DNA of 64,000 bases from Endomicrobiales bacterium (GTDB taxonomy: Bacteria > Elusimicrobiota > Endomicrobiia > Endomicrobiales > CAWCFT01), in the NCBI GenBank assembly GCA_963794945.1, contig CAWCFT010000001.1, positions 384,001 through 448,000 on the forward strand, read 5' to 3'. Below, piece by piece: positions 40,622 to 51,715 of this stretch (the stretch's first letter is position 1; every line of letters starts with the position of its first letter). The notes under the pieces are model-generated. The model had not been told where the DNA came from. It searched no databases and was given only the letters and a program-made list of their open reading frames with translations. Position numbers and translations under genes: made by a program.

Positions 40622-42488
40622 ATGAAAATACTGGGGATATCCGCTTACTACCATGACTCAGCCGCTTGCCTGATCGACAACGGCAGTATCACAGCCGCCG
40701 CGCAGGAAGAAAGGTTCACCCGGAAAAAGCACGACCCGTCTTTCCCTGCGAACGCCGTTAAATTCTGTTTGAGTGCGGGCAACGTAACTCTTGCCGGCCT
40801 CGACGCTGTTGTTTTTTACGATAAACCCTGGCTGAAATTCGAGCGCCTCCTTGAAACTTATTACATATTCGCGCCTAAAGGACTAAGCTCGTTTATCCAA
40901 TCCATGCCTGTCTGGGTCAAAGATAAACTCTTCTTAAAAAGCCTTCTGCTTAAAGAACTTTCAGCTATAGACGGCGCCAATAAATATTCAATAAACCTCC
41001 TGTTTTCCGAGCACCACCTTTCACACGCGGCAAGCGCCTTCTACCCGTCACCTTTCGAAGAGGCGGCCATTCTTACAATAGACGGAGTGGGCGAATGGGC
41101 GACGGCCTCCATATCAAGCGGAAAGGGCAACGGCATTACTATGCGTAAAGAGATGAGGTTCCCTCATTCCGTTGGCCTGCTGTATTCGGCCTTCACTTAT
41201 TACCTCGGCTTTAAAGTCAACTTCGGCGAGTACAAGCTTATGGGGCTTTCTCCTTACGGGGATAAATCTTCAGGCAACCCGGATAAATTCGTCAGGCTCA
41301 TAAAAGACAACATCGTCGATATTAAAGAAGACGGCTCTGTATTCCTCAACCAGGACTTCGTCGATTACGCCGCGGGCCTCAAGATGGCCAATGACAAGAA
41401 GTGGGAGAAGCTGTTCGGGTTTCCCAAACGACTGCCGGAATCCGAGATAGGACAGAACCATTGCGACCTTGCCCTGGCTATTCAGAACTGTCAACAATGA
41501 AATGGTTATTAAAATGGGAAAGACCGCGAAAGAGCTTTCCGGTTCTAACAATCTGGTACTTTCGGGAGGCGTGGCGCTTAACTGTGTTTCCAACACTCGC
41601 CTGCTTGAGAGCGGAATGTTCGATAATGTTTGGATCCAACCCGCGGCAGGCGATGCGGGGGGAGCCATCGGTGCCGCTTTAGCCGCTTACCACATCTATT
41701 ACGGCGCAGAAAGAAAACCGGCGGCGGGTAAAACCGACGGCATGAGCGGGGCGTACCTCGGGCCGCAGTTCTCGAACACCGATATAGCGGAGACGGCAAA
41801 TAAATTTGGCGCGATTTTCAACCGTTATGACAATTTTGATAAACTCTGCGATGACGTATCGCTAAAGATATCGAACGGTGAAGTTATAGGATGGTTCCAG
41901 GGAAGAATGGAATGGGGTCCGAGGGCTCTAGGCAACAGGAGCATATTGGGCGACGCCCGCAACTCAGAAATGCAAAAACACATGAACCTTAAGATCAAGT
42001 TCAGGGAAAGCTTTCGTCCCTTCGCGCCATCCGTAAACTCGGAAGACGCGGCTGACTATTTCGATTCGAAAACTCCATCGCCTTACATGCTCCTTGTGGC
42101 GAACGTTAAACAAAATCTTCGAAAGCCCCTTCCTGACGGTTACGACGGGCTTTCAGTAAGGGATAAACTTTACCACAGGCGCTCAGAACTCCCCGCTGTA
42201 ACGCATGTAGATTATTCAGCAAGACTTCAGACTGTCGACAAGTCGACTAACCCGAGATACTGGAACCTTATCAACTCTTTTAAAATACTTACCGGCTGCC
42301 CCGTCATAGTAAACACAAGTTTTAACGTAAGAGGCGAACCTATAGTCTGCACGCCCGAAGACGCTTACAGGTGTTTCATGCGGACGGATATTGATCATCT
42401 TGTTATGGGCGATTACGTGTTTTCTAAGCAAAACCAACCAGAGTGGAAAGAAGGGCGCGGCTGGAAACAGGAGCTTGTTCTTGACTAG
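40622..42488 (+). CDS. NodU/CmcH-family carbamoyltransferase (frameshift near 41490)
   Basis: ISAYYHDSAA, QEERFTRKKHD, EHHLSHAASAF, GGVALNC, GPRALGNRS, FRESFRPFAP, NTSFNVRGEP. Confidence 0.93.
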
Positions 42489-42494
42489 AATACC

Positions 42495-42863
42495 ATGACA
42501 AAAAAAGAAGAAATAAAAATCATTATCGTGCTTTCCCTGTTGTGCCTCGCGCTGTTTTTTGCCTCCGGGCATAACAGATGGCTGCTTGCAATATCTATTT
42601 TTCTGGCCTTTTCCGAGCTACTAGGAGGAAGGCTTCCGTATCTCATCGCGGTTGGATGGAAAAACTTCGCCCTCGCGCTGGGAAAGCTTAATTCAAAAGT
42701 TATACTTTTTATCGCGTTCTACGTATTCCTTACCCCTATTGCATTGATATACAGGCTTTTCAATAAAATAGCCGTAGCGCATTTCAGGAACAACGACCGC
42801 GGCTCGCTTTTTGAAGATGTGAACAAAAAGTTCGATAAAGAAGTTTTTAAAAGGATGTGGTGA
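42495..42863 (+). CDS. SxtJ-like small membrane protein
   Basis: W..FALALG.LNS..IL...FYVFLTP...MW, directly after the carbamoyltransferase. Confidence 0.7.
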   Translation: MTKKEEIKIIIVLSLLCLALFFASGHNRWLLAISIFLAFSELLGGRLPYLIAVGWKNFALALGKLNSKVILFIAFYVFLTPIALIYRLFNKIAVAHFRNNDRGSLFEDVNKKFDKEVFKRMW

Positions 42864-42864
42864 G

Positions 42865-44925
42865 ATGACTATCAAACCCGGGCAGATACTAGCGTTCTTC
42901 TGGCTAATCATTATAAGCCTGTTCTATTATGCCTCTTTCCCGATAACCAATCTAATGGCAGGATTGCCGGCAATAAACATTATCAACCCACAGTTCAAAT
43001 CACTGGAACATATTTTGTGCCTTGTATTATTTATAATAGCGGCGAACGGTTGGGCCGGAACGCTCTGGTCAAATTCTCACCTCTCACATCTCGAACGGTT
43101 CCTTTTCTCCACCGCCGCGGGGCTCGGAGCGATGTCGCTTCTGACACTTTTCTTTAATGTCATAGGTGTTACGAACAACCTGCTCTATTTCTTTTTTCTT
43201 CTGTCAGGTTTTGTGCTGTTCGTGACTGCGGGGAAAAATATACATGGTATACTTTCAACGCGGATAAAGTCGCTTATGCTTATCTCGCTGGTCCCTCTGA
43301 TAAGCACCATTATTGGGGCCCTCGCGCCGCCTACCCAGTTCGATTCCCTTGTTTACCACCTTGCGCTGCCTGCAGAGTATCTCAAGGCCGGAAAGATGTT
43401 CACCGTTCCGCACAATATTTTCTTCTCTTTCCCACAGGGCATGGAGATGCTTTACGGGATGGCGTTAAGGCTCGACGGGCCCATACTCGCAAACCTCCTT
43501 CACTGGATGTTCCTTCCGCTGGGGGCCCTTGCCATATATTCGTTCTGCTCAAAATTCTGGGGCCATAAGTCGGCCGTGACGGGTTCGATAATATGGCTGT
43601 TCACACCGGCCGCAATGTTCGTTTCAACTGGCACATATGTTGACCTCGCCCTGGCCTTTTACGTATTCATTAGCGTTTACTGTTTCATGCTCTGGAAAGA
43701 TTCCGGCAGGACCTATTTTATCTATCTCTGCGCGATATTTTCCGGCCTTGCCTGCGGTATAAAATACACGGCTTTCATCAACGTGCTTATTTTGTCGGCA
43801 CTGTTCGTTTTCTCGGGCAGGTTCCACAGCCACAACCCGGTATCAAACCCTGACCCGGACTCTGACGAGCCAGAGGATATCAAGTTTGACAGGCATCATC
43901 TGCACACACGAAACAGCCACGCGCAAAGATTAAGAGCGTGCCTGAAGTATGTAATGGTAGTATCTATAGTTTTCTTCCCGTGGCTCTTAAAGAACTTCAT
44001 TTACCTCAACAACCCCATAGCGCCTTGGGGGGCTGCGATATTTACCGCTTCAAAGGTCTCCGCGGGCCTCGCCGGAGCTTACTTTAAGCATATTGCGGGG
44101 CACGGGTTAAGCATCGGCGGAATTCGGGGCCTCTTGCTCTTGCCGTGGTATTTGACGTTCTACGGTTACAAGTACGGCGGCGGGTTCGATATTATGGGCC
44201 CGGTTTTCCTGCTGTTCATACCAATCTTGTTTTTAAGAATGAAAATTGATAAAATAGAAAAAATATTAGTCGCCTATTGTCTCATGTATCTGGCCGTTTG
44301 GATAGTGACGGGAAAGGTAATGAGGTTCCTGATGCCGGTATTGCCTTTTTTGTGCATTCTTTCCGGCAAAGGTGCTGAATATATATACGAAGACGGCAAC
44401 AAACTGCTGGAAAGCGGCAACAAGATATTTAGGTACGCGGTAGCCGTAATATTAGCGGTAGCAGTAACACACAACATTTTGTTTTATCACTGGGTAATGG
44501 CCTCAGTTGACCCCTACTCGTACGTGATAGGCGGGATGGAAGACAGCAAATACATTTCTAACAGGGTCAATTACTACAAGGCCGCGGACGAGATGCTCGG
44601 CAAACTGGGACCCGGCACAAAAACAGTTTTTCTTGGAGAGACGAGAAGTTTCTATTTCACCAACAATGTGATAGCCCCAACAAACTTTGATACGAACCCG
44701 TTAATTGCCGGCGCCAACACATCGCAGTCACCGGAAAAGCTGCTTGAAACTCTTAAGCACAGCGGCATAACACATGTATTTTTAAACAAATTCGAATTCC
44801 AAAGGCTTTCCATGAGGTCCAGGTTCACCGACAAGGGCTTTGCCAACTGGACCGCCGTAAAAGAAAGATACGCGTCTATGACATACCAGGACAAATTCTG
44901 CGAGCTATATGAACTCACTCATTAA
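42865..44925 (+). CDS. GT-C-like polytopic membrane protein
   Basis: PPTQFDSLVYHL, GIKYT, PWLLKNFIYLNNP, RFLMP. Confidence 0.72.
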   Translation: MTIKPGQILAFFWLIIISLFYYASFPITNLMAGLPAINIINPQFKSLEHILCLVLFIIAANGWAGTLWSNSHLSHLERFLFSTAAGLGAMSLLTLFFNVIGVTNNLLYFFFLLSGFVLFVTAGKNIHGILSTRIKSLMLISLVPLISTIIGALAPPTQFDSLVYHLALPAEYLKAGKMFTVPHNIFFSFPQGMEMLYGMALRLDGPILANLLHWMFLPLGALAIYSFCSKFWGHKSAVTGSIIWLFTPAAMFVSTGTYVDLALAFYVFISVYCFMLWKDSGRTYFIYLCAIFSGLACGIKYTAFINVLILSALFVFSGRFHSHNPVSNPDPDSDEPEDIKFDRHHLHTRNSHAQRLRACLKYVMVVSIVFFPWLLKNFIYLNNPIAPWGAAIFTASKVSAGLAGAYFKHIAGHGLSIGGIRGLLLLPWYLTFYGYKYGGGFDIMGPVFLLFIPILFLRMKIDKIEKILVAYCLMYLAVWIVTGKVMRFLMPVLPFLCILSGKGAEYIYEDGNKLLESGNKIFRYAVAVILAVAVTHNILFYHWVMASVDPYSYVIGGMEDSKYISNRVNYYKAADEMLGKLGPGTKTVFLGETRSFYFTNNVIAPTNFDTNPLIAGANTSQSPEKLLETLKHSGITHVFLNKFEFQRLSMRSRFTDKGFANWTAVKERYASMTYQDKFCELYELTH

Positions 44926-45952
44926 CCATACCGAGTTTCTCTACCTGGTCACTTTTGTGATCTCCATAGTTATCGCGCTTGTTCTTACGCCTTTCTTCCG
45001 TTTTATCGCTTTGAGATACGACATACTTGATAAACCGCACACCGACATAAAAACGCACAAGATGCCCACTCCGTACCTCGGCGGCCTCGCCATCTGGTCT
45101 GGATGGGTCATAAGTCTTTTCTTTATCAGGTTCCTGACACACTTCCCAACGGGCACGCTGAGAAGCCTGAGGGGGCTGCTGATAGGCAGTTCAATCATAG
45201 TGCTTCTCGGCCTAGTTGACGACGTGCTGCCGAAGGGGCTTAGCTTCAAAAAGAAATTCTTCGTGCAGGCTTTGGCCGCGCTGGTGCTGGTGGCGTTCAG
45301 CATCAAGATAGATTTTATACAACCGTCTTTTATGGGCATAGCTTTTAGCGTGCTGTGGGTGATAGGTATAACCAACGCTTTTAACATCATAGACATAATG
45401 GACGGCCTATCAAGCGGTATAGCGGTCGTGGCCAGCCTCGCGTTCCTGTTCATAGCTCTGCCTTCCGAACAGATATACGTTAATTTTTCGTCCGTGGCCC
45501 TCGCCGGCGGATGCCTGGGCTTTATGCCTTATAACCTTTCTACAAAGAGAAAGATATTCATGGGAGACACGGGCAGCCTCGCCCTCGGTTTCATACTCGC
45601 GGGTATATCCATGGGCGCGTCATACACCGAAGTTAACCTCATCGGCGTTTTCGCGCCTGTATTGATACTTGCCATGCCTATTTACGACACAATGCTTGTC
45701 ATGGTGCTCCGCTGGAGCAAGGGCCAGTCGCCTTTCCTTGGCAGTAAGGACCATTTTGCTTTGCGTCTCGAAAAACTGGGGTTTTCACGCAAACAGATAC
45801 TAACGATAACTTACCTTGCGAGCATCATCCTTGCCGTAGGGGCATATCTTATGACGCGCCTTCCGGCCGCGTGGGCCACAGGTTTGTTCGCCGCCATATT
45901 CGTCACCGCGCTGCTGGTAGGTAACAGGCTCAGTAAAATTAAAATGTATTAA
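44909..45952 (+). CDS. WecA/TagO-like polyprenyl-phosphate HexNAc-1-P transferase (MraY family)
   Basis: PTPYLGGLAI, GLVDD, NAFNIIDIMDGL, FMGDTGS. Confidence 0.92.
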   Translation: MNSLINHTEFLYLVTFVISIVIALVLTPFFRFIALRYDILDKPHTDIKTHKMPTPYLGGLAIWSGWVISLFFIRFLTHFPTGTLRSLRGLLIGSSIIVLLGLVDDVLPKGLSFKKKFFVQALAALVLVAFSIKIDFIQPSFMGIAFSVLWVIGITNAFNIIDIMDGLSSGIAVVASLAFLFIALPSEQIYVNFSSVALAGGCLGFMPYNLSTKRKIFMGDTGSLALGFILAGISMGASYTEVNLIGVFAPVLILAMPIYDTMLVMVLRWSKGQSPFLGSKDHFALRLEKLGFSRKQILTITYLASIILAVGAYLMTRLPAAWATGLFAAIFVTALLVGNRLSKIKMY

Positions 45953-45976
45953 AGCCAAAAGGGCACAGGAAACAAA

Positions 45977-47279
45977 ATGCCGGAGATCATAATAATCGGA
46001 GCCGGTCTTACCGGCCTTTCAAGCGCTTACCACCTGAAAAAACCGTTCATTGTGCTGGAAAAGAATAAAACCCCGGGCGGCTTGTGCGGTTCCGTTGCTG
46101 TCAACGGTTTCACTTTCGACTATTCCGGCCATCTTTTGCACCTGCGCGAACCCCGCGTGAAAACACTACTCAGCCGCCTAATGCCTGCCAAGCTGGACAG
46201 TATATACAGAAAAGCTTCGGTATTTACAAACTCCCGCTATGTGCCTTACCCGTTCCAGGCCAATCTTTATTACATGCCCGAAAAGATTCGGAAAGCGTGC
46301 CTCGAAGGATTTTTAAAAAGGGACCTCAAGCACAACTACGGACATAACACGGATTTCTTAAGCTGGTCAAAGTCCTTCTTCGGCGAGGGCATAACCCGCT
46401 ATTTCATGAAACCGTACAACGAGAAGCTATGGACGGTTTCAGGCAAAATACTCACCGCGGACTGGGTTGCGCCGTTCGTGCCGCGGCCGGACACGCGCGA
46501 GATAGTTAACGGCGCCACAAGCGAGCAGAAAAAGGATTTCGGCTACAATGTTTCTTACTATTACCCCGATAAAGGTGGATGCCAGTCAGTAATAAATGCC
46601 TTCTACAATAAACTCGACAACGTCCGACTGGGCATTGCTGCCGGGAAGATAGAACCGAAACAAAAATACATTTTATCTTCGGACGGCAACAAATTCCACT
46701 ATGATCATCTTGTTTCTACACAACCCTTGGTCGAGCTGTTAAATAACATCGTCGGCCTTCCTTCTGACGTCGCGGCGGCTAGCGGAAAGTTTGAGCTGGA
46801 ACACTGTCGAATGCTTTAACCTCGCGTTCAAGTCGCCCCAAACTGGCGAAAAGCCGGCGGGCGGCGCTCATTGGGTATATTTCCCGGAAAAGAAGTATGT
46901 ATTTTACAGGGCGGGTATATACTCCAACATACAGCCTTCTATGGCGCTGAAGGGATATTACTCTATGTACGTAGAGGTAAGCCGAAACCCCAAGGAGACT
47001 TTTAACTCGCGGCAATCTTTAGCGCTGATATTAGACGGCCTCAAGGACGCAGGGATAGTAGAGAAGAACGCTTCGCCGGAGTTTAACCTCAGGCTCACCT
47101 TACCGTACGCTTACGTTATATACGATAGAAAGAAGGACGCCGCGCTGAAAGTTATAAAGGCATATCTCAAGAAAAATGGGATATTTTCAATAGGGCGCTA
47201 CGGCGCCTGGGAATATTCCTTTATGGAACGCTCCATATTAGACGGCATGAGCACCGCTGACCATCTGAACAATAAATGA
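45977..47279 (+). CDS. FAD-dependent oxidoreductase (protoporphyrinogen oxidase / UDP-galactopyranose mutase-like; frameshift near 46790)
   Basis: IIGAGLTGLS, GFTFDYSGH, PYNEKLW, GRYGAWEY. Confidence 0.82.
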
Positions 47280-48437
47280 ACAATATAAAAGTCTGCCACA
47301 TTATAACGATGCTTGAGCTCGGCGGCGCGCAAAGGAACACACTGCACACCGTAAAGAGCCTGGATCGGGAAAAATTCACACCCGTGCTCATCACGGGCCC
47401 AGGCGGCATACTTGACCAAGAAACTTCGGCTTTAACGGACGTTAAAACATATTTCGTTCCGGGTCTCGTGCGCCGGATAAGCCCGGTAAAAGACCTTTTA
47501 AGCATGCTTAGAATATACCGTCTGCTCTGCTTAGAAAAACCGGATGTAGTCCACACTCATTCCTCAAAGGCGGGCATAGTTGGCAGGATGGCCGCGAAGC
47601 TTGCCGGGGTGCCGGTCATCATACACACATACCACGGTTTCGGGTTCAACGATTTCCAGAACTTTGTCACGAGATGGGTCTTTATACTGGCTGAGAAAAT
47701 AACCGCACCTTTGACAACAAAGTTCATCGCGGTCACAACCGAGGACGTCGCCAAGGGCATTAAGTACGGCATAGGGACAACCGCCGATTACACGCTTATC
47801 AGGAGCGGCATTGATATTTCTTCGCCTGCCGCGGACAGCTTCAATAAAACAGATCTAAAAAAAGAGTTCGGCATAGCAGCGGACGAGAACGTTGTAACGA
47901 CAATAGGCCCGTTCAAACCGCAGAAGAACCTTGTGGATTTTGTCAAGGTATGCGCGCTTATCTCCGCGGAACTGCCGAAGACGCGTTTTCTTCTCGCGGG
48001 AGATGGTGAGCAGCGCCAGCTTCTCGAGGCGCTTATCCAGAAGTTCAATCTTTTCGGGCGCTTAACTCTTCTAGGATGGCGCAAAGACGTAAATAAAATA
48101 CTCGCTGTTACAGAACGTGTTTATAATGACATCGCTCTGGGAAGGCCTGCCGCGCTCCATACTTGAGGCCATGAACATGGGCCTGCCGGTAGTGGCCAAC
48201 GCTGTTGACGGCGTCAAGGAGATAGTAAGGGACGGTGTTACCGGTTACCTTATTGAGCCGCGCGACATCAAGGCCCTTGCGAAAAGAACTGTTCAACTGC
48301 TTAAAAACCCTTGCGTTGCAAAAGAAATGGGGATCAAAGGCAAGCAGAACATTGACACCCAGTACGATATTAATTTCATGGTAAGACAGCAGGAAAAACT
48401 ATACGTCGAACTAATGGATAAACATGGGATCAAATAG
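47276..48437 (+). CDS. GT4 glycosyltransferase (frameshift near 48115)
   Basis: LGGAQ, HTHSSKAG, TSLWEGLPRSILEAM. Confidence 0.9.
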
Positions 48438-49767
48438 CTTTAAGATAGGAAAGACACTGTTATTTATAATGCTCGCGGGGCTGGCGCTCAGGCTCGCATT
48501 TTTTGTTGCGGTAAAACCATGGCAGGAGAACTACATCACCAAGAAGATAATCATGGTAGACTCCGAACCTTACAATACTTTTGCTTTGAACATACTGCAC
48601 GATAGATCCTTTCAAAACACCGGCACCTACAGGACACCGGGCTATCCCGCCTTTATTGCCCTTGTGTATGCCGTCTTTGGCGCTCGGCCCTGGATAGTCA
48701 TTTTGATTCAGGCGTTCATAGGGACTTTAACAATATTCCTAGTGCACCTTTGGGCAAGACAATGGTTCGACGAGAAAGTGGCGAACGTCTCCGCGCTGCT
48801 CTTCGCCATAGAACCGCACGTCATAGTTTACGGGGCCTGCCTGCTTACTGAAACACTTTTCGTTTTTATCGTTATGTTGTCCATGATCGCGTGGTACAGA
48901 TCGATGTCAAACAGAAACATTGCGTTAACAGCCGTTTCGGCGGCTCTGATGGGTTACGCCGTGCTTATAAAACCCGTCGCCGTTATTTTTCCGGCGGCAA
49001 TAATCTTCCTTGTTATAATATTTAATAATACGAACCTGAGATTTAAGATCAAATCTGTCATTGTTTATGTTCTGCTTTTCTTTTTGGTAATGTCATCGTG
49101 GATGTTCAAGAACTACCAGCAGTACGGCCACTTTTCGCTTAGCCATATAAACGGTTTCAATCTGCTCTATGTAAGCGCCGCGTACACCGAGGTCGCCCGC
49201 ACGGGCAGGACCTACATCGACGTCTGCAAGGATTTCGACGTTGCCGCAAGGGAGAAGGGAGCCTTAGATACGTCCGACCTTTTCAAGCAGTCGCGAATAT
49301 TCAGTAAGTTAGGTTTAACGTACATACGCTCCCATCCTGTGCCGTTCATCAAGAGGCACGTGACAGGCATGTTGACGCTCTTTACCAACCTCGCCTCAAC
49401 CGACACCATGGACCTTATGGGCCTAGACAGCATGAAGAAGAAATACAACGTCTACGAGTTCCACAACTATGTCGACATGGTCAAGTGGTATTTCCAGAAC
49501 AAGACTTTCGATGAGATAATCTTCGGATCGTGCGTTTCAGCGTTCCTGATACTCACCTATCTTTTCTGTTTTTACGGCATGTGGGCTGCATTATCCGAAA
49601 AACTTTATTTTTGCTTTATAATTAATTTCTCGGTAGCATTTTATTTCTGTTTCATGACGGGCGTTTTTGGGGTGGCGCGCTACAGGCTGCCGCTTATACC
49701 TTTTTATATACTTTTCACGGCTTATGGTATTATCAATGCGGCAAACAGAAAGTGCGTTGTTCGTTAA
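48424..49767 (+). CDS. GT-C (ArnT/GT39-like) membrane protein, paralog of 32329-33667
   Basis: DSEPY, RTPGYPAFIA, LTETLF, ARYRLP. Confidence 0.78.
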   Translation: MGSNSFKIGKTLLFIMLAGLALRLAFFVAVKPWQENYITKKIIMVDSEPYNTFALNILHDRSFQNTGTYRTPGYPAFIALVYAVFGARPWIVILIQAFIGTLTIFLVHLWARQWFDEKVANVSALLFAIEPHVIVYGACLLTETLFVFIVMLSMIAWYRSMSNRNIALTAVSAALMGYAVLIKPVAVIFPAAIIFLVIIFNNTNLRFKIKSVIVYVLLFFLVMSSWMFKNYQQYGHFSLSHINGFNLLYVSAAYTEVARTGRTYIDVCKDFDVAAREKGALDTSDLFKQSRIFSKLGLTYIRSHPVPFIKRHVTGMLTLFTNLASTDTMDLMGLDSMKKKYNVYEFHNYVDMVKWYFQNKTFDEIIFGSCVSAFLILTYLFCFYGMWAALSEKLYFCFIINFSVAFYFCFMTGVFGVARYRLPLIPFYILFTAYGIINAANRKCVVR

Positions 49768-49777
49768 AAATATTTTT

Positions 49778-49810
49778 TGTCGTCCCCGAAATGTTGTATC
49801 GGGGATCCAG
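49778..49810. repeat. Palindromic repeat, second copy of 3836-3868
   Basis: TGTCGTCCCCGA-N9-TCGGGGATCCAG. Confidence 0.75.
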
Positions 49811-49841
49811 AACAATATAGGAATTTCAATATTAACGTGTT

Positions 49842-49929
49842 CCCCTCTTTATTTACAAAGAGGGGATAAAGGGGAGTTTGAAATTATGCACTTCAACTCC
49901 CCCAGCCCCTCTTTAAACAAAAGAGGGGG
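49842..49929. repeat. REP-like double-hairpin element
   Basis: CCCCTCTTT-N-AAAGAGGGG occurs twice, around GGGGAGTT...AACTCCCC. Confidence 0.75.
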
Positions 49930-49965
49930 GATGACACACACAGAACACTGCTAATTCGGACAACA

Positions 49966-50709
49966 ATGGACATAATCGAAATTGACAAGAACAACGTTCA
50001 CCGGCACCCGTGGGAGTTATCAAGGGCCGGGAACATTCTTTCTCTGGCCGTAAAAACGGGATTAAAAGCCCCGTTAGCCGATATCGGGTCGGGCGACCTT
50101 TATTTTGCCTCAGAGCTAAAGAAAGTATCCGGCAGTGATGTCACAGCCGTTGACGAGGGGTACTTAACGTTCAAGCCGGAAAACCCTCAGGGGCTTAAAA
50201 CTTTTACCAGCGTTGCGGAGCTTTCTAACGGGTCATTGGGAACGGTTTTTTTACTAGACGTGCTTGAACACGTTAAAGACGATGAAGGACTCCTTAATAC
50301 TTTAAACGGCAAGCTGGCTGTCGACGGAAAACTGATCGTCACAGTTCCGGCTTACCAATTTCTTTTTTCGGAGCACGATGTTCACCTTAAACACAAACGC
50401 AGGTATAATTTAAACACCCTCAACGGCCTGCTGAAAAGATCAGGTTTCGAAACCTATGAGATATTTTATTTTTTCGGCACGCTTTTCATTGCGAGGCTGA
50501 TACAGGTATTCCTAGATAACGCCGGTTTCAAAGCTTCGCCGGAAAAATCTATCAGCGCCTGGAAACGTCCCGCGGATGACTTTTTAACCAGGTTTGTCGT
50601 GTTCATACTTAACGCCGATTTCAGCATATGCCGCATGCTTTCGAAACTTAAAATAAGACTACCGGGGTTATCACTATGCGCGGTCTCGAAAAAAATGTCT
50701 TCCTTATAG
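49966..50709 (+). CDS. Class I SAM-dependent methyltransferase
   Basis: DIGSGD, LLDVLEHV, TVPAYQFLFSEHD...HKRRY. Confidence 0.85.
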   Translation: MDIIEIDKNNVHRHPWELSRAGNILSLAVKTGLKAPLADIGSGDLYFASELKKVSGSDVTAVDEGYLTFKPENPQGLKTFTSVAELSNGSLGTVFLLDVLEHVKDDEGLLNTLNGKLAVDGKLIVTVPAYQFLFSEHDVHLKHKRRYNLNTLNGLLKRSGFETYEIFYFFGTLFIARLIQVFLDNAGFKASPEKSISAWKRPADDFLTRFVVFILNADFSICRMLSKLKIRLPGLSLCAVSKKMSSL

Positions 50710-51392
50710 TGCCGTGTTACAACGAAGAGAAACGCCTGGGCAAAAACCTGAACACTTTTATCGGCTCACCCTTCAGGTTCGTGTTCGTAGACGACGGCTC
50801 AAAAGATTTAACGAAAAAGATACTCGAGAACGGGGTAAAAGCTCCTAATTACTTTATCTCTCTGCCTGCGAACTCCGGAAAAGCGGAAGCCGTGCGCAAG
50901 GGTGTGGAATTCGTCCGCAGCCTTGAAGAATACGGTGAAGCAGACTGGATAGGCTTCTGGGACGCCGACATGGCCGCGCCTTTGGACGAGGTCGCCCATA
51001 TGATCGACTTTGTAGAGCTCTCCGGAGGCGCCGACGCGGTTTACGGCAGCCGTGTGATGCGACTCGGCAGCGTTATAAAGAGGAAATCCTTGCGTCATTT
51101 TTTGGGAAGGATATTCTGTACGTTCGTTTCTATGCTTTTCGGCATAGAAAGCTATGACACACAGTGCGGCGCGAAACTTTTCAATAAAGCCGCGCTTGAG
51201 AAAGCTTTCGCCGAGCCTTTCCTCTCCAGGTGGATATTCGACGTTGAAATAATTCTGAGGCTCAAAGGCCTCAAACAGATAGAATGCCCGCTCAACAAGT
51301 GGGAAGACGTCAAAGGTTCAAAGATCTCGCCCTTTAATTCTTTCGCCGCGGTCGCAGCGGATATTATTAAGATTTACAGTAAATACAAATAA
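50676..51392 (+). CDS. GT2, polyprenyl-phosphate glucosyltransferase (Alg5-like); start uncertain
   Basis: VPCYNEE, VDDGS, GKAEAVR, FWDAD, DTQCGAKLF, WIFDVE. Confidence 0.88.
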   Translation: MRGLEKNVFLIVPCYNEEKRLGKNLNTFIGSPFRFVFVDDGSKDLTKKILENGVKAPNYFISLPANSGKAEAVRKGVEFVRSLEEYGEADWIGFWDADMAAPLDEVAHMIDFVELSGGADAVYGSRVMRLGSVIKRKSLRHFLGRIFCTFVSMLFGIESYDTQCGAKLFNKAALEKAFAEPFLSRWIFDVEIILRLKGLKQIECPLNKWEDVKGSKISPFNSFAAVAADIIKIYSKYK

Positions 51393-51427
51393 TACAGTTT
51401 AAGTTCGTTGAAATAATGTTCTAATGT

Positions 51428-51569
51428 TGTCATTGTGAGGAGTACCGCCTTGCGGGACGACGCGACAATCTTGCTGTCACTTTTGAAAGACGAGATTGCT
51501 CTCCAAACTTCCGGCGAGTCTTCGACTTCACCTGGAGCCTGCCTTCCTCGGAGGGGGTTCGCAAAGACA
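51428..51569. repeat. Degenerate TGTCAT-type palindromic element
   Basis: TGTCATTGTGAGG...CAATCT...AGATTG...TCGCAAAGACA, same end architecture as the other TGTCAT elements. Confidence 0.55.
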
Positions 51570-51606
51570 CAATGTTTGAGGGTTTTTCAACGAACTCAAT
51601 TTGGAG

Positions 51607-51692
51607 TTTCGAAATTGGTTATTAGAAATTGCCATAAAATTGTAGTTTATATTGAAGTTCTTTCGGATTTCGAAATTGTTGATTAGAAATTG
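51607..51692. repeat. Two 25 bp direct repeats upstream of ParB-like gene #2
   Basis: TTTCGAAATTG-NNN-ATTAGAAATTG at 51607-51631 and 51668-51692. A third copy lies at 53164-53188. Confidence 0.75.
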
Positions 51693-51715
51693 TTGTAAAT
51701 AGTGGGGGTAAAACC

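Noticed and set aside
40622..42863. Saxitoxin biosynthesis (SxtI/SxtJ-like)
   Set aside because: No sxtA/sxtG-type genes; the context is surface-glycan synthesis.
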